Shown here piece by piece: positions 1 to 10,516 of a stretch of 64,000 nt of DNA (its first letter is position 1; each line of letters opens with the position of its first letter). Location of the stretch: contig JAWBQF010000002.1 in NCBI GenBank assembly GCA_038845975.1, positions 1 through 64,000 on the forward strand, written 5' to 3'. The position numbers were made by a program, and so were the translations under genes. The stretch is from Candidatus Methanomethylicia archaeon (GTDB lineage Archaea > Thermoproteota > Methanomethylicia > CALHIW01). The notes under the pieces were generated by a model that made no database searches, was not told the origin of the DNA, and was given only the letters and a program-made list of their open reading frames with translations.

Positions 1-376
1 TCTTTTAAGGAATGTTAGAGATGTAAGCATGTTGCAACATCACAAACCCATATGTAGAGAATTCTCCTCAATAATGGCTCGAATGCAACATAAACAATCT
101 TACTCTTAGAACCTACACTAATAATAGTATCATCAACCATAATCCTAACATCCCTCCTATCGAATTCAATAGAAGATTAAGATAAACCACGATAATATAG
201 AATAACTCCTAACAACAATGAAGCTTAGAATATCCAAAGCCATTCTAGAAGAACGAAAACATATGTAAGCACCATAACAACTAGAGTAAATGGAGTTCTC
301 TCCCTAACAAATTTAACTATATTAACACCATAAATAGGGGAGGGAACTCACAAATAAATCTAAAGTTAACAAAGCT
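1..376 (-). mobile_element. Decayed IS6-family element, family A (partial, runs off the window start)
   Basis: Aligns by eye with 63405-63773, 6995-7188 and the reverse complement of 44815-45170. Ends in AAGTTAACAAAGCT. The minus strand shows frameshifted transposase-like relics (RERTP-like N-terminus, MVDDTII-like first DDE Asp). Confidence 0.75.
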
Positions 377-382
377 GAAAGC

Positions 383-396
383 GCAAAGTTTAAATA
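383..396 (+). promoter_or_regulatory. Archaeal BRE-TATA promoter of the MEDS gene
   Basis: GCAAAG-TTTAAATA about 28 bp before the GTG at 417. Confidence 0.6.
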
Positions 397-416
397 TATA
401 TGCTAAAAATATTTTT

Positions 417-995
417 GTGAGTGGATCTTATTCTTTAAGAGATATGGTTAGATTTATTAGAGAATTGGCTCCTAAGAGGAATATTTTACTTTTTCATAGT
501 GACCTTGAAGCTAAGAAGGAGATTCTGCTTAGCTATTTATCATCCTCAATTAGTAAGGGGCATTTAGGAATTTATGTAGCTGGAGAGGAATCTTTAGAGC
601 AGATAGAAAATTATATTACTAAATATAGTAGGGAGTTGATTGATAGGGGATTACTTAAGATATTAAGCTGGGATCTACTCCACCATATACTTTATGATTG
701 GCGTAATATAGTGGAGACCTGGGGAAAATTCATGGAGGAATGCGTAGAGAGAAACTTAAAAAATCCTAGAATATGCAGCGAAATGGATATATTATACAAG
801 TATTTACAATCTAGGAGGTTAATAGAGTGGGAAAGACTTCTTCATGAAAGACTTGAAATTCCAAGCTTAGGTATATGCTCATACAATGTGGAGACATTAA
901 TAAATAGAAGGGAGTATGATATGCTTGATTTAATAAAAGTACATGAATACACTATAGTAACAAAAGCTGAAAGTGCATTTGTCATTCATATGTAG
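417..995 (+). CDS. Stand-alone MEDS (methanogen/methylotroph DcmR sensory) domain protein
   Basis: LLFHSD..K.EIL..YL...I.KG..GIY, RI..EM, WE..L, ICSY and L.KVH pattern typical of MEDS. Confidence 0.7.
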   Translation: MSGSYSLRDMVRFIRELAPKRNILLFHSDLEAKKEILLSYLSSSISKGHLGIYVAGEESLEQIENYITKYSRELIDRGLLKILSWDLLHHILYDWRNIVETWGKFMEECVERNLKNPRICSEMDILYKYLQSRRLIEWERLLHERLEIPSLGICSYNVETLINRREYDMLDLIKVHEYTIVTKAESAFVIHM

Positions 996-1450
996 GTGAG
1001 TAACATACAGTAACTTTACAATTTATTCCTATTCAGATATTTTGTTAGTAGTCAATTTATCATTGATATGAACTTAGCATTTTAATCTTATTATTCTTGG
1101 AGTCTAGATAGATTCATGATGTTCCATGCTGTTTAATATTTCCAGCACAGTAGCTATAGTACATATTCATCTATCACTTTCACATAATGGTCTTGATAAT
1201 ATGTATTCCTAAAGTTTTAAGGAGAAATATAGTGTTAAAATTGTTATTACTGAGCGTCTAGATGCTACATGCAGTTAAACTAATAGATTAAGACAATATC
1301 AAGTTGATAAGTGTAATATTCTGAGAGAATAAGTGAGGTGTTTAGAGGTTTACTATGTTAATCTATTGTTAGTAGTGGAGGACTTTAAACCTAGGTTAAT
1401 ATATTTATATATCTTAAATTCAAGCTACAGAATTATAACTAAATATGTTG

Positions 1451-2245
1451 CTAGGTGTAGGGTTCAAAATAGAGTTCACAGTATTGATTTCCAGAAGCAA
1501 TACATTTTTTCTCTAACACTATTATTCGTTTATCCAGTAGGTTACTGAGCATTCCTGCAATATCTCCTCTTACAAAATGACATGAAGGCTTTTCCCTACT
1601 TCCTCTTATAGGAGTAGCTTCAAAGGACTCATATATATGTATTATTCCAGTACATTTATTAAGGTCTAGATTAATAAGCTTAGCATTATATAATCCATAG
1701 CTTCTACCAAGGTCTAACATTAACTCAATAATTTCAGCTTTATGTATATTTAGTTTCTCTAAAATCGGTTTAAAAAACTTAAAACGAGACTCACCAATAT
1801 ATAAGCCTATATGGTAAAATAGAACCGCTCCACCCTCCCCAGCTATACTTCTAAATCTATCTATAGCAAAGAATAACTGATCATAGCTAAGAATAACTGA
1901 TGGAGTTCTTTGAGCCATTTTCGGGAAGCATATCTTATCATATATTAATCCACTTATAGATGAAATCCATGTGTTAGTATTGATTACATATGGTTGTGAC
2001 TTAATTAAATCGTTTAATTCAGATATGGTAATCTTAGAGTCAGTGATGTCTATAAAGAAAGTCATCTTAGCTATAACACTATCAGAAGCATCAGCTAATG
2101 CATAAATTACATTTATATTATTATCACTGAAAATCTTAGTAATACTATTTAAAATACCTAAAGCCTCTTTTGCCTCAATAACAATTTCAACCAATCGTCT
2201 ATTAGGTATAAAACAGGCAATAGGTATATTAATACTAATACTCAC
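1451..2245 (-). CDS. ACT + V4R (4-vinyl reductase) domain ligand-binding protein
   Basis: N-terminal ACT-like GIL..IT.IFS...INV. C-terminal ESFE..PSCHFVRG..AG..EKKC.ASG..YCE. Confidence 0.8.
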   Translation of the reverse strand: MSISINIPIACFIPNRRLVEIVIEAKEALGILNSITKIFSDNNINVIYALADASDSVIAKMTFFIDITDSKITISELNDLIKSQPYVINTNTWISSISGLIYDKICFPKMAQRTPSVILSYDQLFFAIDRFRSIAGEGGAVLFYHIGLYIGESRFKFFKPILEKLNIHKAEIIELMLDLGRSYGLYNAKLINLDLNKCTGIIHIYESFEATPIRGSREKPSCHFVRGDIAGMLSNLLDKRIIVLEKKCIASGNQYCELYFEPYT

Positions 2246-2550
2246 AAGTTGTTATATGATTATTCTATTTAAAGTTTTGCATCTAATAATGTAATAATCC
2301 AGTTATCGTACTCAATTTCTTAAATTGTTAATTTTGAACTTGTTGCAAAGCTATTTAAATATTTATTGTTTAATGATTCTCATTATATTTCAAGTAGGGA
2401 AATATTATTACTAATATCTGAAGCTTTAGAGGAAAAAGTATGGTTAGATGCTTCATTATTTAGAGAACTTGTCTTCATTCATGTAGAACTTGAAATACCT
2501 TACATGATAATATAGTTTCCGGATTGTATGTACTTGGAGTTGTATAGTTA

Positions 2551-3507
2551 TTAGCTGTGGGTTTTGAGGATTTTTATTTCCTTGATGAGTTCAGGCAATA
2601 CTTCATATAGATCTCCTACAATACCATAGTCACATGCATTAAATATCGGTGCATTCGGATCATTATTTACTGCAACCACTATTTTTGAATCCTTTATACC
2701 TGCTATATGCTGTATAGCTCCTGAAACACCTATGCCAATATATAGTTTAGGCTTTACCATATGTCCTGAAAGCCCAATCCACTCAGTAAACCATTTAAGA
2801 TCTGCTGCAACAGGTCTTGTACATCCAACTACACCGTTTAATACTTCTTTAAGCTCTTCGAGAAGCTTAAAATCCTCCCTTCTCCTAACTCCTCTACCAC
2901 CAACAATTACAACCTCAGCACTTTCAAAATCTACTCCCTTAGCCTCCTTACCCTTTACCTCAATAAGTTCAAGTCTTGGCTTAGGAATGGAAACATCTAG
3001 CTTAATAACTTCACCCTTCACAGCTAATGGCGACGCCTTCTCAAATACTCCTTTCCTTACCGACGCTACTTGCGGTTTAGAGTTTATGGATTCAATAGCT
3101 ATAGCTATACCTCCATATACAAGCCTCTTAAACAGTATTCTTCTAGATTGTTTTTCAACCTCTATATCAATGCATTCAGATACACATCCAGTATTCATTT
3201 TTGCTGAAAGCCGAGCAGCAATCTCCTTATCCTCCTTTAACCCACCGAGAAGAATTAGTTCAGGCTTTACATTTTCCAATATACTATGAAGAACGCTTGA
3301 CTGTACATCGGGTGTAGCATGCTTAAGTATTGGATTATCAACAATATACACTATGTCGGAATAAGCTGAGAGACTATTAGCTAGATCTGAAACATTTAAA
3401 CCCATAACTATGGATGCTATCTTTAAACCTAATGTATTAGCTATATTTCTAGATTTGCTTATAAGTTCAAGTATACATTCTCTACTGTTTGAATATGTAA
3501 CTATCAC
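2551..3507 (-). CDS. etfA: Electron transfer flavoprotein alpha subunit
   Basis: GGRG, GCTRPV, IGLSG..VKPKLYIGIGVSGAIQH.AG, N.DPNAPIF. Confidence 0.95.
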   Translation of the reverse strand: MIVTYSNSRECILELISKSRNIANTLGLKIASIVMGLNVSDLANSLSAYSDIVYIVDNPILKHATPDVQSSVLHSILENVKPELILLGGLKEDKEIAARLSAKMNTGCVSECIDIEVEKQSRRILFKRLVYGGIAIAIESINSKPQVASVRKGVFEKASPLAVKGEVIKLDVSIPKPRLELIEVKGKEAKGVDFESAEVVIVGGRGVRRREDFKLLEELKEVLNGVVGCTRPVAADLKWFTEWIGLSGHMVKPKLYIGIGVSGAIQHIAGIKDSKIVVAVNNDPNAPIFNACDYGIVGDLYEVLPELIKEIKILKTHS

Positions 3508-4289
3508 TTCAATACACCCTCCTTAACAAGGTTTTTCACAACTTCAGCTACACTCTGCTTAATAGGTAAATCCTTAAATACTATGCCTTTTCTTTTAAGC
3601 TCAGGTATGAAAACCTTTAAAACCTGGACTTGAGGATTTAAACCATTAATACCAACATCTTTAGCATTAAGAGTCTTAATAGGTTTCTTGAAGGCTTTCA
3701 TCATTGATGCTGTTGATGGATGTCTAGGCTCATTAATCTCCCTAGTAACAGTTATAAGTACTGGAAGCTGAGTCTTCACTACTTCATATCTATCCTCTAA
3801 ATCCCTTTCAACAGTAACATAACCATTACTTATAGCTATGCTTTTAGCATAGGTTATACATGGAATATTTAGAATTTCAGCTATACGTGGACCTACCTGA
3901 TAGGAATAGCCGTCAGTTGATGTTTCCCCACAGAGAATAATATCGAATAAGCCTAGCTTTAATAAAGCGTTAGCTAGAGCTTTTGAAGTTATATAGGTAT
4001 CCGAGGATTCAAGCAGGGGATCGGTAATAAGTACTGCATCATCAACACCCATAGCTAAAGCTTCCCTTAAACATGTTCTAGCTTCAGGAATCCCTAAAGT
4101 AAAAGCTGTAACAGTACCTCCACACCTCTCCTTTATACGAATAGCCTCCTCAACAGCTCTTCTATCTATATCACTCATTCTTCTAGGAGCACCGATAGTT
4201 ATCGGTGTCCGATTAGCATGATCCACCTTAAGATTAGAAACATCTATAGAGTATTTAATACATACAGCAACATTCACCATAGTAATCAA
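3504..4289 (-). CDS. etfB: Electron transfer flavoprotein beta subunit
   Basis: VCIK, AVEEA, ALAMG.D, G..STDG...QVGP, INEPR. Confidence 0.95.
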   Translation of the reverse strand: MITMVNVAVCIKYSIDVSNLKVDHANRTPITIGAPRRMSDIDRRAVEEAIRIKERCGGTVTAFTLGIPEARTCLREALAMGVDDAVLITDPLLESSDTYITSKALANALLKLGLFDIILCGETSTDGYSYQVGPRIAEILNIPCITYAKSIAISNGYVTVERDLEDRYEVVKTQLPVLITVTREINEPRHPSTASMMKAFKKPIKTLNAKDVGINGLNPQVQVLKVFIPELKRKGIVFKDLPIKQSVAEVVKNLVKEGVLK

Positions 4290-4584
4290 GTAAATAGGTT
4301 AAACCATCATATAAATTTTTCCAAGAAGACTTAAAATATTCAAGCTTCCATCCACATAGCTTATAAAACCCCATACTTATAGCTATATTACTAATTGAAG
4401 TCTACATCCTAAATTAGATAGACTTTCCATAACCAATTTATGGATAGCTAATAATAAACTTAAATTTCTCAAAGCCATTCCTAAACTATAAGGCAAATTA
4501 GAATACCTAACAGGTGTAACAGTCTAGAACAGTATGATAATTATTATACATTAAATATATAATATGTAGTAGAGGCTAGATAAT

Positions 4585-5498
4585 AGACTATTGTGTTTTG
4601 AGTTTTATGAATTGATTCTTTTTTGCTTTATTTTAATTTATGGATTGAAACGTTGTTGATGGAGCTTATTGAGTGTTGTATATTTCTTTAAGTCTTGAAT
4701 TCGTTAATGGTTATGATAGTGAGATTGAATACATGAATTATGGTAGGTTAGTAAGTCATTTAAAATTACAAATACATATATTATCTTCTGTTATTATATG
4801 CTTCTATTCTCACTTGTATACTTCTTGAAGGCTTTACTAGAGTATAGGCTTGTATAGTAGTTCAGCTAATTGATTATTTATGGATTAGGAAGCTATGTTT
4901 AGGCTTAGCTTATCTTCTATTAGACTTAAGGATTTGTAATACGTAACTGTTGATGCTATTAATGTAAGCGTTCATAATCTTAAATACTGAAGCATGTTAT
5001 GGTATTAAGAGAAAATGCATTAAGATATATTTCGTAGTGAGAATAATTGTCGCATGAACGTTATAACTGATGGTTCCATGATTCACAATCGCTTCTGAAG
5101 CTTATTATGGGGATTGTTAGCATAGAGGGATTGTTAAAGTAATCATGGATGAATTGTAGGACTTATAAAGTCTTATAGGATTCTTAAACTGAATAGCATT
5201 AATCCTTGATTAAGTCTAGATGTAATGTAAGACAAGATAAAGAATCAAATAGACGTAGAGCAGTAAGCTGCTAAGACTTAGACGGTAAGTACGGTTTAAG
5301 CTAGTAGACTATGATATGTTAAAGTATTGAAACAGCATTCTTATGTTTAAGCACATGTTCGGAGGATATCGCATAGTGGAGAAACTTATTAAACATAGCT
5401 GAGAAGTTAGCAATAAAATAGTTACTACAACAAATAATAAACCTAAGTACTGACATACATCGAAAAAGATGCATAAAATAGTTAAGTTGCAGAACAGT
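4585..5498 (+). pseudogene. Heavily decayed IS5-family (IS903/ISC1058-like) transposase fossil
   Basis: Broken reading frames give VTVDA..VSVHN, KRKCIKI.F, VKVIMD and ETAF..FK.MFGG, the order of DDE_Tnp_1 motifs. Boundaries are approximate. Confidence 0.5.
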
Positions 5499-5504
5499 AT
5501 TTTG

Positions 5505-6731
5505 TTATCCTTTTACGTATTCTGATCCTATTACATCTCTTGCTATAATATATCTCATAATGTTTTGGGCTCCTTCAGCACCTATAACGTATGAGAAGCA
5601 ACCAAGCCAACCTCTATATATTGGGCATTCCTTAGTGTATGCGTATGCACCATACCATTTTAATGTTTCTTCAAATATTTTAACAGCTGCTTCTGGAGCT
5701 TTCATTTTAGCTAGGGCGACTGGAATGTTTAGATCTGTAGGTCTACGTGTTGGGTCTTTTTCAAGGTATATTTTATCAGCAAGCCATGCAGCCTTATATA
5801 CGAAGTATTTAGCTGCTTCAAGCTCTGCGTATAGTTCAGCGAATTTAAAGCTTACCCCTTGAAATGATGATATATATCTACCGAACAGTTGTCTTTGCTT
5901 AAACCATTCTATAGCCTTATCAATACACCATCTAGCTGCACCTATACATGCAGCTGCTACAACAATCCTAGCTAGGTTAAATCCTTCCATAACATAGTAG
6001 AATCCTTTATTTTCATCTCCAAGCCTGTATTTATCCTCAACTTGAAAGTTGCTTAGTTTAAATCCACCTGTAGATAGAGCATGTCTACCAATATCTTCAT
6101 ATAGAGTTGGCTGGAAACCTTCAAGTAGCCTTCCATTTTTCTTACATAATACTGTAAATGCAGTTAAGGCTTTATGTCTAGCCTCCATAGAGCCTGTTCT
6201 AGCAACTAGAAACCATCCGCCACCCCATGGAAGCTTTAGGGATTCAGCTACACCACTTATAAATGCCTTCTCCCCATTAAGAACCCACATATCACCCTTC
6301 TTCTCAGCCTTAGTTCTAATACCTGCCACATCAGATCCTCCCTGAGATTCTGTTGATGCTATACCGTAGAATGCCTCCCCCCTTGAGACTTTAGGTAGAA
6401 TTTCTTTTTTAACATCTTCACTACCATATATTTGAAGAGCTAACGGCCATCCATTATTCAGTAGAGTGTATACAGCTATAGCAACAGCAGGATCAGCATA
6501 TGCAACCTCCTCAACAGCTATAGCTGTCATAACATATGTTCCACCTTGCCCACCATACTCTTCAGAAACAGGTATACAGAATAATCCAGCATCACCCATT
6601 CTCCTAATCAAATCTAATGGTATTTCCTTCTTCTCATCCGCTTCAATCCATTTAGGAGCAATATATTTCTGACAGAAATCACGAATATTATCTCTAAAAA
6701 CCTTTTCTTGCTCACTAAACTCAAAATCCAT
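5505..6731 (-). CDS. Acyl-CoA dehydrogenase
   Basis: TE..GGSD, LNGEKAFIS, R.LFG..I..FQGV.FK.A, EGAQNIMR. Confidence 0.95.
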   Translation of the reverse strand: MDFEFSEQEKVFRDNIRDFCQKYIAPKWIEADEKKEIPLDLIRRMGDAGLFCIPVSEEYGGQGGTYVMTAIAVEEVAYADPAVAIAVYTLLNNGWPLALQIYGSEDVKKEILPKVSRGEAFYGIASTESQGGSDVAGIRTKAEKKGDMWVLNGEKAFISGVAESLKLPWGGGWFLVARTGSMEARHKALTAFTVLCKKNGRLLEGFQPTLYEDIGRHALSTGGFKLSNFQVEDKYRLGDENKGFYYVMEGFNLARIVVAAACIGAARWCIDKAIEWFKQRQLFGRYISSFQGVSFKFAELYAELEAAKYFVYKAAWLADKIYLEKDPTRRPTDLNIPVALAKMKAPEAAVKIFEETLKWYGAYAYTKECPIYRGWLGCFSYVIGAEGAQNIMRYIIARDVIGSEYVKG

Positions 6732-6760
6732 AAAACCACCGAAACTAGATAAGTCACAAG

Positions 6761-6775
6761 TATTTAAATCTTTTC
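6761..6775 (-). promoter_or_regulatory. BRE-TATA promoter of the acyl-CoA dehydrogenase gene
   Basis: GAAAAGA-TTTAAATA on the minus strand upstream of the ATG at 6731, with a GGTGG RBS. Confidence 0.7.
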
Positions 6776-6786
6776 AAGCATTAAAC

Positions 6787-7188
6787 AGCTTTGTTAACTT
6801 AACATGTTGATTATTCTATTTTGTTTTGTGTTTCTATGAATTCTTAGCTTTATCTTCTTATTAATCCATATCTTGTTTAGCATGTATACTATTGACTTCA
6901 TAAGCATTAATACACGTTCACCATCACACTTATCCTCATACATGGTATACAATTACTCCTTCTCATATCAAACTTAATGGAAGCTTAAGGATTCCACGAC
7001 AATATGGATGCATAACTCCTACAACAATAAGCAAAATATCTGAAACCATACTAGACAAACATGAACAGAAATATATAGCAACATAAACAACTAAGATAAA
7101 CGGAGTTCCCTCCCTAACAACTTTAACCATAGATTCATCATAAATAGGGAAGAGAAAACTCTCAAATAAAGCTAAAGTTAACAAAGCC
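6787..7188 (-). mobile_element. Internally deleted IS6-family element, family A (402 bp)
   Basis: TIRs GCTTTGTTAACTT / AAGTTAACAAAGC. Perfect 8-bp flanking direct repeat CATTAAAC (6779-6786, 7189-7196). Both halves are homologous to 63108-63773. Confidence 0.88.
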
Positions 7189-7711
7189 CATTAAACTCTA
7201 CAAACTCAACCATTCCTTATATAACCTTTAGAAATTTAAATTCTCAAATTCTACATGATATTTAAGCATTAACAATTTAAAGGCTTTCATAGACTAGCCT
7301 AGTAATTCTTAATTATGCTCGCGATGTAAGATTATAGTTATAAAGTTAAAGCTACTATAGGATACATTTAAGTTTTGTAAGCTTAAATGTTGCTTCGTAA
7401 ACTTTAGACAATATATCATTTTATATTTCTCCTATAGGAAATTTGTTTTACTCATTCTTTAATCCATTAATCCTAGCAATATATAACATTAAAATTTATG
7501 TATTAAGATATTCTAGAAATGATATATGTATGGACCTGTCTTCAGTATTTTCTTAAAATTTATGGTATAAGTATGAGTGATATTCTACTCTATTAGAATC
7601 CGTAATAGTTGAAATACTTCAATTAAGCTTCTAGAGTTAATAAGATAGAAGAGTTGAAATATCTTACTGGAAGATTTATATATTGCTGTTTCCTAGGTGT
7701 TTCGATAGATT

Positions 7712-8230
7712 ATGGTTTTAATAGATTTAATGACATCTAAAGAATCTAAATGGAGTTCCTCCAAATCTATTTTGAGTATTATTGGTGATCAGAAACCGTA
7801 TAGCTGTTATCAGTGTGCTAAGTGTTCAAGCGGCTGTCTCTCAGCTGAACTTCTTGAATTGATGCCTCATCAAGTAGTTAGCATGGTTAAACTCGGATTT
7901 TTAGATGAAATTGCTTCATCAGATATTATATGGTCATGTGCATACTGCTTGAAATGTGTTGAAAGATGTCCTCAAGACGTTGCTCCAGCTGAAGCTATAC
8001 TTGCTCTAAGAAACATAGCTTTCAAGAAGGGAATTAAAACACCTGAGGGCTATAGATTAATACTTGAGAATGTATTTGAAACCGGATGGATACAGAGTAT
8101 TCAACCGGTTATTAGTAGGGATGGGGAAATATATGTAAGAGATGATTTAAAGCTTCCAAGAAAACCAGAAATATCAAACATGGATAGCTTTAGGGAAGCC
8201 TTAGCAAAAACCCTAGGTGAAGAAATATAG
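7712..8230 (+). CDS. hdrC: Heterodisulfide reductase subunit C-like
   Basis: CYQCAKCSSGC and WSCAYCLKCVERCPQ 4Fe-4S motifs. Confidence 0.92.
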   Translation: MVLIDLMTSKESKWSSSKSILSIIGDQKPYSCYQCAKCSSGCLSAELLELMPHQVVSMVKLGFLDEIASSDIIWSCAYCLKCVERCPQDVAPAEAILALRNIAFKKGIKTPEGYRLILENVFETGWIQSIQPVISRDGEIYVRDDLKLPRKPEISNMDSFREALAKTLGEEI

Positions 8231-8249
8231 GTTAGAGGAAGTGTTAATC

Positions 8250-9134
8250 ATGTCTTTAACCTTCGGATTATATCCAGGATGTATTATACTAACTGAACAG
8301 TATGCGTATGAAATTGCAGCTAGAAACGTTCTTCCTCTTCTAGATGTTAAACTTGTAGATTTAAATGATATAAGTTGTTGTGGCGAACCGCTAATGAGTA
8401 TGAATAAGCTTACCTGGCTCTATCTTGCAGCTAGGAATATAGCTATTGCTGAAAAAAGCAATGTAGATATAATGTGCTTATGTAATGCATGCTACTTATC
8501 ACTTAATAAAGCTAAAAAACTTCTTATGGAGAATTTAAATCTTCTCGAAAAGATAAACTTAATACTTAATGATGAGGGATTAAAATATACTGGAAAACCT
8601 AAAGTTAAACATTTAATTGAGATTCTACATGATGATGTTGGAATTAATAAAATTAGGGAGAAGATAAGATTTAAGCTAGTAGGTTTAAAACTAGCTTCAT
8701 ATACTGGATGCCATTTACTTAGACCTAGCAGTATCATTAAGGCTGACGATCCTGAAAATCCTTCAAAGCTTAATAGGCTTGTGGAAGCTTTAGGAGCATT
8801 ATCACCACGTTATCCTGAAGAATTAGAGTGTTGTGGAGCAGGATTATTAATTCCGAAGCCTGATGGAGGATTATCATATGCAAGCACTCAGCTAAAAGCT
8901 ATTGTTAACAGAGGTTTTGATGGTGTTGTAACAGTATGTCCTGCATGCCATAAAATGTTTGATAGTAAACAAGCAGTAATAAATCAAACTCTAGGCTTAA
9001 ACATAGAGTTACCAGTAATCTACTACATACAGATACTTGGATTAGCTATGGGTTTAAGCATGATGGATATTGGATTACATCTTAATCAAAGCCCATGTGA
9101 TAAACTAGTAGCTAAGGTGAAGGGGAATGGATGA
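8250..9134 (+). CDS. hdrB: Heterodisulfide reductase subunit B-like
   Basis: Two CCG domains (YPGC..CCG..CNAC; YTGCH..CCG..CPAC). Start taken at the ATG at 8250. Confidence 0.93.
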   Translation: MSLTFGLYPGCIILTEQYAYEIAARNVLPLLDVKLVDLNDISCCGEPLMSMNKLTWLYLAARNIAIAEKSNVDIMCLCNACYLSLNKAKKLLMENLNLLEKINLILNDEGLKYTGKPKVKHLIEILHDDVGINKIREKIRFKLVGLKLASYTGCHLLRPSSIIKADDPENPSKLNRLVEALGALSPRYPEELECCGAGLLIPKPDGGLSYASTQLKAIVNRGFDGVVTVCPACHKMFDSKQAVINQTLGLNIELPVIYYIQILGLAMGLSMMDIGLHLNQSPCDKLVAKVKGNG

Positions 9135-10407
9135 ATATGATGTTTTAGTAATTGGTGGAGGAGTAGCTGGACTTCAAGCATCCATAGATCTTACTAATGC
9201 TGGATTCAAAGTATATCTAGTTGAGAAAATGCATGCTCTCGGAGGACATACAGCTCAACTATATAAAATAGCTCCTCAACTCATAGATTCTAGTAAAGTT
9301 ATAGAGGATTTAAGTAGTAAAGCATTTAGAAATGTTAAGCTAGCATTATACTCCAATGTAGGATCAGTAGAGAAGTCTGGAGACTACTTTATAGTTGAAG
9401 TTGAGGAGGAGCCAAAATATGTTTCATGGAGTAAATGTAATGGATGTCTTAAATGTATTGAGAAATGCCCTATTAAAACATCCTATAACTCAATGAAGAT
9501 CGTAAACATACCCGCAATATATACAATACCAGGTAATAGCCTATCTGGAAAACCAGTTATAGATGGGAAGCGATGTCTATACTTTAAGGGTGAATCATGT
9601 AGAATATGTAGGGAAATATGTCCAGTTAACGCTATAGATTTTAGTCAGAAACCATTAACATCAACTTTTAAATGTAGATTTATAATTATTGCTACAGGAT
9701 TTAACATGTATAATCCATCTAAAATAGGAGAGTATAGCTATGATAAGCATCCAAACATAATTACAGGGCTTGAACTTGAATTAATATCTAATCCATTAGG
9801 ACCTACTAAAGGCAGTATAGTAAAGCCATCAAGTAGTAAACCTCCAAAATCAGTAGCTATAGTTTCATGTGTAGGTTCAAGAAGTGAGAAACATCTTAAA
9901 CATTGCTGTAGAATTGGATGTACTACAAGTTTAAAACATGCATATTACATCCTAGATAAGCTACCTGAAGCTGAAGTCTACATACTATACAATGACATGA
10001 GAGTTCCTGGAAGAAGCTATGAGGAATTCTATAGGTTTGCAAGAGATAAGGGAGTAACTCTAATTAGAGGAATACCGTCAGAAATCCGTGGAGCATCTGA
10101 TGAAGAGGTTTCAATGAAGATATATGATGAAGCATCATCAAAACTCTATAGACTCAATGTAGATCTTGTAATACTAGAAGTTGGTATGGAGACAAATATA
10201 AATGAAGTTAAGGCAATAAACATCCCAGTAGGAGAGGATAAATATCCGGAAAGCATTAAACCAATTCTAAACACAATTGAAACACCAATACCAAACATAT
10301 TTGTAATTGGATGTGCTCAAGCACCATTAAACATAGTAGAATCAATAACTCAAGCACAAGCAGCTACAAGCAAAATAATAGCGAAATATAGGGGATGCAT
10401 TGATTAA
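9127..10407 (+). CDS. hdrA: Compact heterodisulfide reductase subunit A-like flavoprotein
   Basis: GGGVAG FAD motif, inserted ferredoxin (CNGCLKC..CP, C..CRIC..ICP), CVGSR, CCRIGC, DMR. Confidence 0.88.
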   Translation: MDEYDVLVIGGGVAGLQASIDLTNAGFKVYLVEKMHALGGHTAQLYKIAPQLIDSSKVIEDLSSKAFRNVKLALYSNVGSVEKSGDYFIVEVEEEPKYVSWSKCNGCLKCIEKCPIKTSYNSMKIVNIPAIYTIPGNSLSGKPVIDGKRCLYFKGESCRICREICPVNAIDFSQKPLTSTFKCRFIIIATGFNMYNPSKIGEYSYDKHPNIITGLELELISNPLGPTKGSIVKPSSSKPPKSVAIVSCVGSRSEKHLKHCCRIGCTTSLKHAYYILDKLPEAEVYILYNDMRVPGRSYEEFYRFARDKGVTLIRGIPSEIRGASDEEVSMKIYDEASSKLYRLNVDLVILEVGMETNINEVKAINIPVGEDKYPESIKPILNTIETPIPNIFVIGCAQAPLNIVESITQAQAATSKIIAKYRGCID

Positions 10408-10516
10408 ACAAATTAAACTACAAAATTACTATTTCTAATAGAATGCGTATAGCTCTACATGTCTAACTAATAGTATTATTTATTACTACGTAAACTATTA
10501 ACGATTAAACTTTAAT

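Noticed and set aside
366-980. Near-repeat TAACAAA(A)GCTGAAAG(C/T)GCA on both sides of the MEDS gene
   Set aside because: Short and AT-rich, and one copy is coding. Chance cannot be excluded.
2732-3289. 185-aa plus-strand ORF and similar antisense ORFs (5560, 6049, 16709, 18587, 21665, 46146, 60568 etc.)
   Set aside because: Shadow frames opposite well-supported genes, Ser/Pro/Ile-rich, with no motifs.
6963-7184. 73-aa ORF
   Set aside because: Lies inside the deleted IS6 element. It is a scrambled transposase N-terminal remnant, not a host gene.
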